From Williopsis jadinii (lineage: Eukaryota): a stretch of 64,000 bases of DNA. The stretch is from NCBI GenBank assembly GCA_024346625.1, contig AP024664.1, positions 1,178,001 through 1,242,000 of the forward strand. Direction: 5' to 3'. The position numbers and the translations under genes were made by a program. This document shows, piece by piece, positions 12,518 to 24,318 of this stretch (within the stretch, counting starts at the first letter, position 1; every line of letters begins with the position of its first letter). The notes beneath the pieces were generated by a model that was not told where the DNA came from, ran no database searches, and saw only the letters and a list, made by a program, of their open reading frames with translations.

Positions 12518-13736
12518 CCTGTGCTTGGTCTTGTTTATAGATATCAAGTACTAATGTCTTGTTAAGATCTCTTGATGTTTGAATGGAATTTCAAGATCTT
12601 CCCCTGTTGCCTTATTTAAGCTAGTCAAGAAAACAGGGAAGAAGGGCTCCTTTTTAAAAGTGGATTTCTCACCCGCTCCCTTTTCAATTTGGTGCCAAGA
12701 TTGCAAAGGCGGGAAAAGTAGTAAAAAAACACAAAAAACACACACATACACACCAAAATTTAAAGGCAAAGCGCATATATGTCTGGTACGCGCAGTACAA
12801 ACATCCCTACACCCATGGTTAAGCCGCCGAGTCTATGCAATAAAGCACGTTTCTTTTGGTCGCTTTTCCCAATCAATTTTAGTCACGAGGGTAGAAATCC
12901 GCAGGGTAAAGTGGGTACGCATTTGTGAAGGCACACCCTGAGCTCTTATTGGTTGAGATACATCAGACCGGTGAGGGTGGTTTGGACTACGCCTACGTCA
13001 GAGGGGAGCGACAGAAAGACGGTTTAAGCCAGATAAATTCCGATGGCCCATGCTTAGTAGCAGTACGATGTGCTTGTCAAGTGGTAGTTCAAGGAGAAGT
13101 GGTTATATTTTTTGTTGCCATACAAGACATAGGAACAATAGCAGACTGTGGCGAGCAGTTAGCATTTACACAGCCTTGGGATTCTCCGTTGCAAGCGTTG
13201 GATGATCTACACGCTGAGGCAAGAGATCTCGGAACGAAAAGAAGAAAGGGGGACGAAAATAATCTTCAAACTTGTCTTGTGTGTCATGGCAGTCGATTAT
13301 TCTTACAAGAAATGGGCTCTTTGAACGTCTTGTCGTAGCTACAATAGATGGTGGTGCTATATGCATTTTTTCTGTTTCAATGGCAAGACCCTTTTTTGCC
13401 CTGGATTATGGGCCCACACAGTGCCAAAACGTAACAGTAACATCCCATAATTGGTGATCCACGTGTAGAAACTGTAAGAGTTGTCCCACTTTTTTGCGCC
13501 AGTTTCTAGCGGGAACTGTAAGGGTCCCCCGTTCACTTCCCTGCGTCGCGGAGACCCGCGCCCACGTATACAGCAGTAATACCACAGCCTTGTCTATGGC
13601 CTTGTCTGCATGTTGGTCATACTCCAGCATTTAGACAAGATACGTTGGAACACATCGTCTTGCTACAGAAAAATCGGGTAGGGTTTGCTTTACGCAGAGT
13701 TTCTTTGACAATAATAGCACTTCGCAAACGACGTCA

Positions 13737-15257
13737 CTATTTATGCGTCATTTTGTAAACCATGAGTCTGAATAATTCCAAAGTGGTGTTATCGAGGCGC
13801 TTAACCATGGGGTTGTGCTCAACGTCAATGCGTTTTACACCTTTGAATCGTGTGAAGGCTTCAACGAACTCTTCAAATGAGCACATTATGTCATTGTGAC
13901 TCAAGTCAAATTCGGAAATGTGTGGGTAATGTTCGTAAAGTATCTTTAAATCTTCAAAGGTTAATCCGCAGTGAACAATCCGAAGCCTATGCAAGTGTTT
14001 GTTGATTTTCAACCCAGAACCATCATTCAGTTGAACAATTGCTTCAAGTCGGCAGCCATGCTCTATATTCATATCATTCAATTCATCGAACTTCCCTTTT
14101 AGTTTACATCTACCGTCAACTGATAACGACTTAAGATGATTCAATTTGGACCCAACGTTTAATTGTCCAATATTCCTGTTACCGAGCAATGTAAGTTTCT
14201 TCAATTTCGGCATTTTATCAATGATCTGCACTTCTGTTATCTGATTACCCACCAGATTTAAAACTCGAAGGCTTTTCAAACTGCTCTGATAGAGCCTTAA
14301 CCTGGTGATCGCATTGTGTGAAAGGTTCATTTCAGTTAAACTCTCAAAATGAAGACTCTCGAAATTCACGAGTCCACGAATTTTGTTGTTGGTGAGATCT
14401 AATCTTTGCACCACTGGGAGACTTGTCATCTTCCTAATATCACAATTGGCCAATTTTAGAACCCTTAGGTTGACCAAAGTTCTGAAACATTCCAAGTTTG
14501 CTATATGGTTGTGTGAGAGGTCCAACACCTTCAAGTTGTTAAATTTATCAAATTTTGTTAATTCAGTGGATATTTGGTTCTTTGAGAGAAACAAGCAGTC
14601 GACTTGTGTTGGAAATCCTTCAAAATCGACTAGTTTGTTGCCCAGGAGATCAATACTGATTAACGAGGGTAAAATATCTGTTAGGAAAAGTGCAGTACTA
14701 AGATCTGCATTGTGAAGTTCTAGGCTGGTTACATCATCCCATTTTGAGCCTTGTGGAAGAACGCCTCGTACTGATGACACCAACTTCTTTGCAATTTCCA
14801 CGAGTTTGGGGTCAGGTATCTGGAATGAGCTCTTGCTCTTATTTCCTTTGGAAGGTGAACTTGACTGAAGATTCAACTCATTGATTTTACCTGTACTTGA
14901 AGATACTTTGCTTGTTGTCAAATTGCCTTCAGTTAAAGAACTCAAATGACCATGGAGATCTGCATAGGAGATACCATATTGCTTCTTCATTTTTTCCCAA
15001 GTACTATAATCATCAGTAGGTGTACTTTTCCCACTTTTGGTAATACTGTTCGAGGTTTCAAGCGGTATTCTCAACCTAAAATTGTTCATATATCCCAACT
15101 CATTCTCTCTAAAGGAAGAATCAACATATACATTCTCATTGAAGCACAGCACAGTGTCGTTATCTACCAAGTTCTCGAGCGTTGAAGGACCTCCCTTTCT
15201 GGTATCTTCACGACAGTTCATACTCTTCGGCCCTAAAATTTCCCTTTGACCAACCAT
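13737..15257 (-). CDS. NUD1: Leucine-rich-repeat spindle pole body scaffold (Nud1/Cdc11-like)
   Basis: Ser-rich N-terminus, then KKLVSSV..W..VTSLEL followed by many LxxLDLSxN repeats. Confidence 0.6.
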   Translation of the reverse strand: MVGQREILGPKSMNCREDTRKGGPSTLENLVDNDTVLCFNENVYVDSSFRENELGYMNNFRLRIPLETSNSITKSGKSTPTDDYSTWEKMKKQYGISYADLHGHLSSLTEGNLTTSKVSSSTGKINELNLQSSSPSKGNKSKSSFQIPDPKLVEIAKKLVSSVRGVLPQGSKWDDVTSLELHNADLSTALFLTDILPSLISIDLLGNKLVDFEGFPTQVDCLFLSKNQISTELTKFDKFNNLKVLDLSHNHIANLECFRTLVNLRVLKLANCDIRKMTSLPVVQRLDLTNNKIRGLVNFESLHFESLTEMNLSHNAITRLRLYQSSLKSLRVLNLVGNQITEVQIIDKMPKLKKLTLLGNRNIGQLNVGSKLNHLKSLSVDGRCKLKGKFDELNDMNIEHGCRLEAIVQLNDGSGLKINKHLHRLRIVHCGLTFEDLKILYEHYPHISEFDLSHNDIMCSFEEFVEAFTRFKGVKRIDVEHNPMVKRLDNTTLELFRLMVYKMTHK

Positions 15258-15809
15258 TTCCAACAAATGTTACACTTGGAACGCTATTAAACCAATATCT
15301 ACAATCAAAGCAAACCTGAAATGTAAAGAGTGCAGAGTGTGGTCGGTGTTTCGTTTTTCTGCCATCGGGCATGTGGGGCGGGCGCTTCGTTTTTGTGTCA
15401 TATGGCGGCTCCGCGAGTTCAAACTGGAAATTTCAATCACGTCGGGTATAAATAGAGACCCAAACCCCCTTATAATTGCTGCAGATGTCCTTTTATGAAA
15501 AGTTTCACCAGTTTGACTATCCATGCGATTTCATATAGTAAGATATGTGATCAGGCATAGAATGCTGTTGATTGGCTAAGTGGATGAAATAAAAGTGACA
15601 AAGTTGGATGAAACAGAACGCGCCAGCTTTAAAATCTGGACACCACAACACTTCCTAAATGGGAATTATTCGCGAGCCAACCACCTCAAGGTTGTCATCT
15701 CCAAATTCCTTTCCGGGCTGTATTTTTTTCCCTTCTCTCTCTTCTCTCTTTTGTAAATTTGGACACTAATTGATTTAAGTACAGGTCAATAACGGACGTT
15801 ATACAAGAC

Positions 15810-17374
15810 ATGAGTTACAATCATACATTCCATTGGTAAGTGTATTGTGGGTCTTTCCCTTTTTTGTCTATGTTAGTTGATGTGCCTTGGTTGTAGCACT
15901 GAATTGCTACTAGTGCTATGTGTGTTATGGTTGTTACTGTGGCCACTATCTGCAAATGAAGTAACCTGGATAAGCAACGAGGGAAACGAACAACAACTTT
16001 GAAAGTCTTGAGTAGTTGTCCTAAGAATATTGTACTTGCTTCTCTCTTCGTGCAATCTAGGCTATTCACAATGCTACAATATCCCATCACAGTGCCTTCA
16101 AGCGCTCTTTACAACACTGTTTTTCGCTCCTGAAAGCACATCTACCCCTTATCTATATTCTTTCTCATGCCAGTACTAACAATCAATCTAATAGGCCAGC
16201 TGGTCCTTCTGAAGTCATTGTTACAGGTACTTTTGATAACTGGACACAATCCCTTCCTTTGGTGAAGACTTCAAAGGGTGATTTTGAGATAACCTTACCC
16301 CTGCAGCAAAAGAACGGCGAGGATAAAGTCTCGTTCAAGTTCGTCGTCGATGGTGACTGGCACACTTCTGATGAGTATGAAATAGAACATGACAACGGTA
16401 ACTCGAACAATGTCATCTTCTTTTCAAACTTGATTGATGAGAAGAAGGAGGAAGTTAGAATCCCAGAAAGCGGTGGTTTGCCAATCACCACCGCATCCTC
16501 TGAAGGCGAATCTAAAACTACAGTTCTCCCATCCACTGAAGGTCAACAAGACACAAGCGCTACAGGAGAACCTGGTATTGTTATCCCTTCAAATGCCAAA
16601 GATATCAAGGAATTTTCTGAGGTTTCTGACGTTGACGCAAAAGAGTTGAACGCCAAGTTGAACGCTGAGACTACTGAGGCTGCTGAGACAAGTGGATTAT
16701 CCACTACTGTGCTTCCATCCAACGAGGGTAAGCAAGAGACATCTGCAACTGGGGAGCCTGGTATTGTTATCCCAGCCAATGCTGAAAATATCAAAGAATT
16801 TTCTGAAGTTTCCGATGTCAATGCTAAGGAATTGAATGCTAAGTTAAACGGTGCAGAGACAGTTGGAACTGAAACTTTATCCACCACAGTTCTTCCATCC
16901 ACCGAAGGACAACAGGATACATCAGCTACAGGTGAAGCTGGGATTGTTGTTCCAACCAACGCTAAGGACATCAAGGAATTTTCTGAAGTTTCCGATGTCA
17001 GTGCCAAGGAGTTGAATGAGAAGTTAAACTCGGAGGAGAAGAAGACAAAGACCGTTAAGGTGAAGAAAGTTATCAAGAGAAACAAAGTCACCGGTGAAGA
17101 AACTGTTGTTTCCAGTACGCCGCTTGAAGATGGCGATGAAATTCCAAAGAGTTTGGATCCAAAGGTTGAGAAGCCAGTTGAAGCCGCCGCTACTTCCACA
17201 CCATCTGAAACTGTAGCCGAGAAGAAAGAAGCTGTGGTGGATGGTGCTAAGAAGGCGGAGGAGGTGAAAGCCACACCAGCACCAGCACCAAAGGCACAGA
17301 AGAAGACCGCGGAGGCCCCAAAGAAGGAGGAGAAGAAGGGATTCTTTAGAAGATTGAAAAAGAAGTTGTTATAG
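15810..17374 (+). CDS. MDG1: Crp1/Mdg1 family protein with AMPK-type carbohydrate-binding module; exons 15810-15835 and 16195-17374
   Basis: Splicing (GTAAGT..TACTAAC..TAG, 359 nt) gives [34 protein letters not shown]; C-terminal KKGFFRRLKK. Confidence 0.8.
16517..17030 (+). repeat. Three ~60-aa internal tandem repeats in MDG1/CRP1
   Basis: Unit TTVLPSxEGxQxTSATGExGIVxPxNAxxIKEFSEVSDVxAKELNxKLN starts near 16517, 16703 and 16883. Confidence 0.9.
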
Positions 17375-18585
17375 ACGCTTTCATTCCCCACTGTTACAAT
17401 TCATCACAACAGAGAAGCATAAATTCACCCTCTAGAGGTTGCCATATTGCACCATAGCAAGTAACTCTCTTTGGCAGTTTCGGCATTCAGAGTTGTCTTG
17501 AACAGTACTATCGTCTCTTCAACATTCCTTCAACCAAATCTGTGTAAGTTGTTCCCTCCAGGGAAGGGCCTTCCAAGCCTATTTTTTTTGTTATGTACTA
17601 TTCTTTTTCACACACATGTTTTTAATCCTTAATTGTATCTGTCGGTTTTGACAAGTTTCAAGATCTAATTGTGTAGTGTGTGACTACTGAACATACTCTG
17701 ATTAGTCAAAGAGATGACATAGAAAAAAAAAAATCCTCTGCTATATGATGAGTACATGTTGTACAGTGAAGTACATGTTGGGGCGCACAATTACAAGAGT
17801 TCCGGCATGTAGTTTACACTTGATGTTATGCGGCCGATTTTACGCAATTGCACGTTTCGCCATTTCTCAATCCGGCAGAAACAGCAACGTACACACTCAG
17901 ATGACAAGTTTGGGCGAGAAAACCAAAACAAAACAAAGCGGAAACAAGGTTTCCTCAGTTACTCGGTCTACGGTGTATTGTGCCGGAGACCTCAAAAAAC
18001 TTCTTGTGCCCACCAAAACCCGCTATTCTATACAAACACTCAGCTGGGTTGACATCATTTAAACCAAAGCTACCACTGTCGTATCAATCAAGAGTGGTCC
18101 ATGGAAATTCCACATTGTTGCGCCAACGTGCATCCTCTTCAAAGGAATTGGATCTAATCAGCACTCTTTTGCAATCAACTGACACCGTCACCCCGAGCCT
18201 CCGCCAAAAAAGAAATTCCATTTCCCGTTCCGTAATTCGTTGGTGCGACAGGTCCAAAATAAACACACACACACACACACAAGCGTACAGATGGATTTCT
18301 TAGAGCGGTGGGAGGTTGCAGTCCTGGACAGATGAATTAGAGCACCTTGAGCAGTCGGGGGAGTTAAAAAAAGTAGGAAACAAGAAAAAAAGGAAACCGA
18401 AACAGGACTGAGTCAAGCATTCATCTCTCGGAGTGGAATACCAAGTATCGTTTTGTCCTTTTAGGTTGAGTCTACCTTGTGCTACATTTTGTATCACTTC
18501 TTCGTCACACTTTTCCTTGAGATACCCTCTTTCTGAGTCTGAAGGGTTGGAGGTGACAGGCTATTTATATCCCACTTAACCGATT

Positions 18586-19710
18586 ATGGCTACAATGCTG
18601 GTACTTAGGGCGGTGTTGTTGGTGACGCTAACCTTCCTCAACCTGGTGAATGGGGAACAGTCGTACTGTTCGTCCACAAACCTCGGCTCACACTTCGTGA
18701 CCACCTATATGTATATGTCGAATGGTTACTGTTCAGATGCATGTCGTTCTGCTGGTTATTCGATAGCCATCGTACAGTACCAGAGCTGTTGGTGTTCCGA
18801 CAGTGTGCCAGAAGACACAGTGTCGGTCTCTAACTGTGATGTTGCATGTCCTGGCTATGCTCAAGAGCTATGTGGCAATAGTGATGAGGGCCTCTACGGG
18901 TACATAGTGGTGAGTGACGGATACTCTACTGTTGGCTCAAGCACCACTCAAAGTACAGAAGAAACCACTTCCGCAACGTCAACGACATCATCCACGACTC
19001 ACAGCTCTCAAGAGTCAACTCAGCAGTCGACTCAGCAGACAACACAAGACACTACAGAACAAACTACAAGCTCTTCGTCATCGTCGTCAACATCGACGAG
19101 TTCAACGTCCACCTCATCAACCTCGAGGTCAACAACACCTTCCACGTCAACTCTGACATCGACACCTCCAGCGTCCACTGAAACCACCTCCTTAGCACCT
19201 GTAACATCAATAGTTTACTCCGTGATGACAGTGACAGGATCGGCCACTACCGCGCTGACGACAACCCAGGTGATATCTACAATTATCAGTGTTCCTTCAC
19301 AAACCGCTTCGAGCGCTTCAACATCTGCATCTTCGTCAACCTCATCAGGTTCAGGCGACGGATTCTTCGATTCTACAGGCAAGGTTGCTGGAGTTTTCAC
19401 TGTAGTGGGTGTTGTCTGTGCAGCACTCATAGGTGGGCTGGTATTCCTCTGTCTACGCCATCGTCGCCATTCACAAGACGACCACATGTCAGATGAAGAA
19501 GACGGGATGTCTCATCAAGATGAAAAGGTTCCTCGCCCAATACTCACTCCAGACGAGTTCGAAGACAACGGACACGGGGAAGTCGTAGAAGTTGACCAAC
19601 GACTAGATCCAAGGCAGATGATGTTCATGAACTGGGAATCTGGAAGCCGACAGAGTCTTGCAGATGACGTTGATTACTCCAGAAGGGTTCTCAGGGTAAC
19701 AAATGAATAA
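18586..19710 (+). CDS. WSC-domain cell wall integrity sensor (Slg1/Wsc family)
   Basis: Signal peptide, Cys-rich WSC domain, Ser/Thr stalk, one TM, cytoplasmic VDQRLDP and DYSRRVLRVTN. Confidence 0.85.
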   Translation: MATMLVLRAVLLVTLTFLNLVNGEQSYCSSTNLGSHFVTTYMYMSNGYCSDACRSAGYSIAIVQYQSCWCSDSVPEDTVSVSNCDVACPGYAQELCGNSDEGLYGYIVVSDGYSTVGSSTTQSTEETTSATSTTSSTTHSSQESTQQSTQQTTQDTTEQTTSSSSSSSTSTSSTSTSSTSRSTTPSTSTLTSTPPASTETTSLAPVTSIVYSVMTVTGSATTALTTTQVISTIISVPSQTASSASTSASSSTSSGSGDGFFDSTGKVAGVFTVVGVVCAALIGGLVFLCLRHRRHSQDDHMSDEEDGMSHQDEKVPRPILTPDEFEDNGHGEVVEVDQRLDPRQMMFMNWESGSRQSLADDVDYSRRVLRVTNE

Positions 19711-20489
19711 CATGTGCTTTAAGGCCATATATCTATGATTAATGGAGTGGAAATAGAAACAGAAAGGGATACCACTATATTTATAATGGACGAAGTATTA
19801 ATGAAAGAAAACTTACAGCTCACACCGTGAAGCTCACGTAAACATCACAAAGAAATTTCCAAAACAAAGCGAGAAAGCACACATGTTGAAGATGCCGTAC
19901 GCCATTATAACCACGGCACAGTTTCTCTTGGGTGTATGGTCCTTAACCCCCCCCCCCCACACACACACACGCACACACCACAGCTCTGCCAATGACAATG
20001 TCCTTACCTGCCCGTGTAAACCTCGTTGGCGCCGGAAGAATAAGCTGAAGAACGCTGTTGAGAGTAAAAACACTTACGGGGAGAATATGAAGAGACGCTC
20101 GGTGTAAGTGAAGAACGCTCGGCCAAGAAAAGAGAAAAAAATTCAGTCTCTTGAAAATCAAAACAAATTAGAACTCTTTTTGAAGAAGGTGAAAGGCAGG
20201 TGAAAGGTCCCATAATTAAAGCCAATCAGATAATAAACCGTGGAAAACATAAGGAAGACTCTCATCACTTGAAATAATCAAGCAGTAAATATCCTTAATA
20301 GTACACCTCTTTTACCACCTTTGCTACGTTTTGTTACTTATCTCATCACTCTCAGGTCTGTGATTTTTTTTCTTCAGCCTCTTCACAGATTTTTCCCCTT
20401 CTTCCCTTTAGAGGTGTTCTCATTTGGGTGTCAAGTTTCAACAGCGGGCTTTCACAGAGCGTTCTCAATTCAGTTAAGCTGTTGTTTCG

Positions 20490-22025
20490 ATGATTGAATC
20501 GACAGAGGACCTGGTGCTTGTGTCCAATGGGAAGTACCAGTTTCCTGCAGAAATTATATTCAAGATCTTGGAATTCCAATTCCATCAACTACTACAGAAC
20601 ACAACATCGCCGATATCGAGAAACACACAGTACTTCTTACGAAGTAATTTGCCCGTTTGTAAAGTCTTTTACAGATGTGTTGTCAAGATTGTTTATCGGT
20701 ATTGTGTATTCAAGACGCCACATACCTTTGACAACTTCTTACATTCCATCATGAATAGGGAGAGATTGGGGGAATACGTCAAGGTGTTAGACTTCCAAGA
20801 GTTCACGTCCATTGGGCTAGGTAGAACTGGTAAAATGAATAAAGAGATCCAAATGGTCACGAGTACTACCATCCTGGAATGTCTAAAACGTACACCAAAT
20901 TTGGTGGAATTCCTTGCCAGTGAAAATATCAAGGACGATTTGGATACAACTCTATTGGAATATTTGTTCAATGAGACAAAACACCTCAGAGCGGTTGACT
21001 TTTGCGGTTGTTCAGGAGAGATATTTGGCTCCAACTTTGCTAATGTCATCATAAAGAAGCCGGGTATGGAAAACATTACAGACCTTTCGTTCCACGATTG
21101 CACAGATCTACCCTCATGGGTGTTGGAGAAAGTGTTGATCAATTTGCCAAATTTGAAGAAATTGGACCTCACGCATACACAAATCACCTCGAAGAACTTA
21201 CAAAAGATTCCTCATTCTGCTCAACTCACACACTTGAACCTTTCTTATTGCATTCAACTCACTACAAGAGAACTAATTTCATTCTTCATAAACCATCCAG
21301 CCGTTACGGGACATCATTTGGTGTGGCTCTCGTTACAGTGTGATAACTCTACAAATACGACTCTGTCCAATAATCAACTAACGTTCTTGTTGAAGATGCT
21401 TGATTGTGACTTCCATTATTTGAATCTTGGTGGGTTGGACGTTTCAAACGAAAACTTGACCCTGATCAAGAAGAAGTTTGTCAACTTGAAATCATTGGGG
21501 TTGGCGAACTGCGATTTCAACCAACAACAGATCATTGAACTCCTATCACCTCCGTTGAATGACGATGGTGAATATTACCAGAAATTGTGCTTTCTCGACC
21601 TCACGAACAACAGAAGCATTACTCGTTGGACCATGGATAACCCAGCGTTCCTCAATTGTTCGTCGTCCTTGGTTGCCTTTGAGTTCAACATGAAGCTAAT
21701 CACAGATATCGAATCCATTGGCGGTCAGCTGATTTATAGAAAAGGCTCAGCTAAGCCAGTCATTTGGAAGACGTTTGACTCTGGTGGACGCCGTGGATGG
21801 TTATTTAAAGTTGGTCCGCTAAACGAGGACAACACTTCAAGAATAGGGATTATAGAGTACGACATCGAAACAGGTGAGAAGATATTCCCAATCTTGAAGC
21901 TTCCAGACTTCCTCAAGTACGTTAACAAGAAGATCTCCATGAGCAGAGGTGTATTGGGAACTGCAGATGAAACCTTTGGAGATATTGAAAGAGGCATCTA
22001 CAAGTACTACGGCATGAAGATGTGA
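20490..22025 (+). CDS. F-box/LRR protein (YLR352W/Lug1-like)
   Basis: FPAEIIFKIL F-box start, RNI-like LRRs, GRRGWLF and ERGIYKYY motifs. Confidence 0.65.
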   Translation: MIESTEDLVLVSNGKYQFPAEIIFKILEFQFHQLLQNTTSPISRNTQYFLRSNLPVCKVFYRCVVKIVYRYCVFKTPHTFDNFLHSIMNRERLGEYVKVLDFQEFTSIGLGRTGKMNKEIQMVTSTTILECLKRTPNLVEFLASENIKDDLDTTLLEYLFNETKHLRAVDFCGCSGEIFGSNFANVIIKKPGMENITDLSFHDCTDLPSWVLEKVLINLPNLKKLDLTHTQITSKNLQKIPHSAQLTHLNLSYCIQLTTRELISFFINHPAVTGHHLVWLSLQCDNSTNTTLSNNQLTFLLKMLDCDFHYLNLGGLDVSNENLTLIKKKFVNLKSLGLANCDFNQQQIIELLSPPLNDDGEYYQKLCFLDLTNNRSITRWTMDNPAFLNCSSSLVAFEFNMKLITDIESIGGQLIYRKGSAKPVIWKTFDSGGRRGWLFKVGPLNEDNTSRIGIIEYDIETGEKIFPILKLPDFLKYVNKKISMSRGVLGTADETFGDIERGIYKYYGMKM

Positions 22026-22331
22026 AGTGACGTCGAATGACACATCCTTAACTATGTTTTCTTTTTTTAATGATTGAAATGACTACGTCGATTGCATACT
22101 TTAATAACTCCATACTTTAATACTTCCAGTGGTTTTGTAGAGCTCATAAGCGAGAGTAGTTGTGGCCGCGACTTTATAACCGCAATTGTGAGACCACGCC
22201 CTTGAGACACTCACCCCCTAAGAAACCAAGGATATCTAACAGGTTGTACACTGTGTAATATCTGTACCATCGTGCCTACACGAGATAAGGCAAAGAGTGG
22301 CAGTGATCATACAAGCAGCCTGACGGGAAGA

Positions 22332-22916
22332 ATGACGAAGAATAACCTCGTACTTGACTATCTTATCTATGAGGCACATGAATCCACAGCTGAAAAGTTT
22401 GCCAAAGAAGTTGGTATAACGCTAGACTGCTCGATAAGGGGATATCAGAGCATTGGAATACGTCATCAGTTGAAACTGCACATCTTGAAAGGGGATATAT
22501 CCAACGCCATTGACCTCTTAAGCTTGAGGTATCCTGAGCTGCTAGAGGAGAACGACTACTTATACTTCAAGCTGCTGTTGATGAACTTGATTGAGATGAT
22601 TCGTCATCATGACGGGAGCGATGAACAGTTTGTGCTTCGCGTGATACAGTTTGCACAGGAGAAGCTGAGTAATAAAGCAGTCAAGAACCCTGAATACATG
22701 AAGGAACTGGAGCTGACAATGACGTTGTTATTGTATTCGCAAAACAAGGAGTTGCTGCCACAGCGGTTGACAAAGCTGTTCGATTTGAAGCAACGGCGCC
22801 ACATAGCAAGCGTTGTTAATGGAGCGGTACTGTCCATCGATTGCGATGATTACAACGAGTCACAATTGAAGCAGCTGATAAAACTACAGAGATGGGCAGT
22901 CAATTCCCGGAAATGA
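22332..22916 (+). CDS. GID8: GID complex subunit (LisH/CTLH/CRA)
   Basis: NNLVLDYLIYE (LisH), GDISNAI, LYFKLLLMNLIEMIR, ELELTMTLL; neighbours ERG29 as in S. cerevisiae. Confidence 0.85.
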   Translation: MTKNNLVLDYLIYEAHESTAEKFAKEVGITLDCSIRGYQSIGIRHQLKLHILKGDISNAIDLLSLRYPELLEENDYLYFKLLLMNLIEMIRHHDGSDEQFVLRVIQFAQEKLSNKAVKNPEYMKELELTMTLLLYSQNKELLPQRLTKLFDLKQRRHIASVVNGAVLSIDCDDYNESQLKQLIKLQRWAVNSRK

Positions 22917-22956
22917 CACACAACTGTATAAACATTGTCCATATGAAAGAAATACA

Positions 22957-23493
22957 TCAACTAATCTCAACAGTTGCTGCGACCGTGTCCCCTGTACGAA
23001 CACCTAGTTGGATCAGCGGCTTGGAATGCTCTGTGAGCTGTTCGCCGTTGTAGTAAAGCGTCACGTCGTCAATCCTGAAGAACGGCTCGTTCAGCTCTTT
23101 GTATATCTTGGAGTCCTTAACCAGGAAGTACACTTTCCGCTTCAGGAAGCGTAGGTCCGTGCCAAACTCTGGTTGATCTTTGCTGTACTCCTCCGGCGAG
23201 AACTCCAACTTGTAATCAACTTGGTTGATCTCATTTTGGTACGACACTGACACTTTCACATACACATGAGCGCAGTGTTCCGGGATATCGTGGATCGACA
23301 GTCCATCCGTCCAGAACCCCAGCTTTATAGCAACATACTCCACAATATGATACGTGGTGATTAGGGTCAGAATGATAATTCCGATGCTGGTGATTCTCAA
23401 GGAAATCGGGTGTGAAATGTGATGCTCCAGGAATGCCCAATCATGGCAATGCTTTAGAATAAAATCCTCAACTGTTGACAGTATCAAAACCAT
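22957..23493 (-). CDS. ERG29: Erg29 (YMR134W)-like ER protein
   Basis: HPISLRIT + TM, EFSPEEY..PEFGTDLRFL..KDSKIY and LGVRTGDTV resemble Erg29; lies between GID8 and REC114. ATG at 23493. Confidence 0.7.
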   Translation of the reverse strand: MVLILSTVEDFILKHCHDWAFLEHHISHPISLRITSIGIIILTLITTYHIVEYVAIKLGFWTDGLSIHDIPEHCAHVYVKVSVSYQNEINQVDYKLEFSPEEYSKDQPEFGTDLRFLKRKVYFLVKDSKIYKELNEPFFRIDDVTLYYNGEQLTEHSKPLIQLGVRTGDTVAATVEIS

Positions 23494-24318
23494 TACACCA
23501 ATGACTATCAAATGATGATCCTCTACTCTAACTTGGGAAACTGAACTGTTGACTGAATGTGAGTGTGGGGAGTGTGGAGTCAAACCGAATCCAGAGCTTT
23601 TGTTTTTTTTTCAATATCCGGCGCGTTCTCTCTGTTTTCGTTTTTGTGTGTTTTTTAGGCTTTGAAAGACCGAATTCGTCTGTCGGTTTTTTGCCTGTCG
23701 TTTGACTGCACGGAAAACAAGTGACAGCAAAAGCGGGCTAACCTCCACCTCTGAAATTGAGCTAGCCCGCACTTCAAATCTTCCAACGGCTCAAGCTGCA
23801 TGGCCTTGAGTGCCCCACCGGCAGAGAACATTGGCTAGAGCCTGGGAGGTGGAGAGGGAAATGGCACAAGGATGCAACATTGATGTTCATTTCACGACAC
23901 ACGAGGAGATGAAAGTGGACGCTGTGGGCCTTGAAGGCGCATTCCAGACACACAAATCCCTCAAGTGTGATATGCACCAGGGTTGTGTAATGTGAGAGTG
24001 AGTGGAATGACAGTTGTGGGGTGGAGAGCTTTGAAGGTTTAACCTCTTATAGGTGAATACACTGTGTTAGTAATATTGAGAAGTATATGAGGGGATTTTG
24101 GTTGAAACGGTCGTCATCATCATCATCAACCAGTGTTGAGCAAGTGAGTATGAGCTCTCCTCGGAGGAGCAATCCTGTTGATGGTGTGCAATTGTTGTAG
24201 CTGTCGTAGAGAAGTTGTGTATAAAAGGCCTGCTCGGTCTCTCGATTATTGTTTTCATTTCCATCTCTTTTCTAAAACCATTATACAAAACGACCAATCC
24301 ATTACACTCACTATAACT

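Noticed and set aside
16543..17391. 282-aa antisense ORF; similar ones at 27743-28126, 24555-24884, 46043-46624 and 54560-55174
   Set aside because: Shadow frames of real genes caused by codon bias or low complexity.
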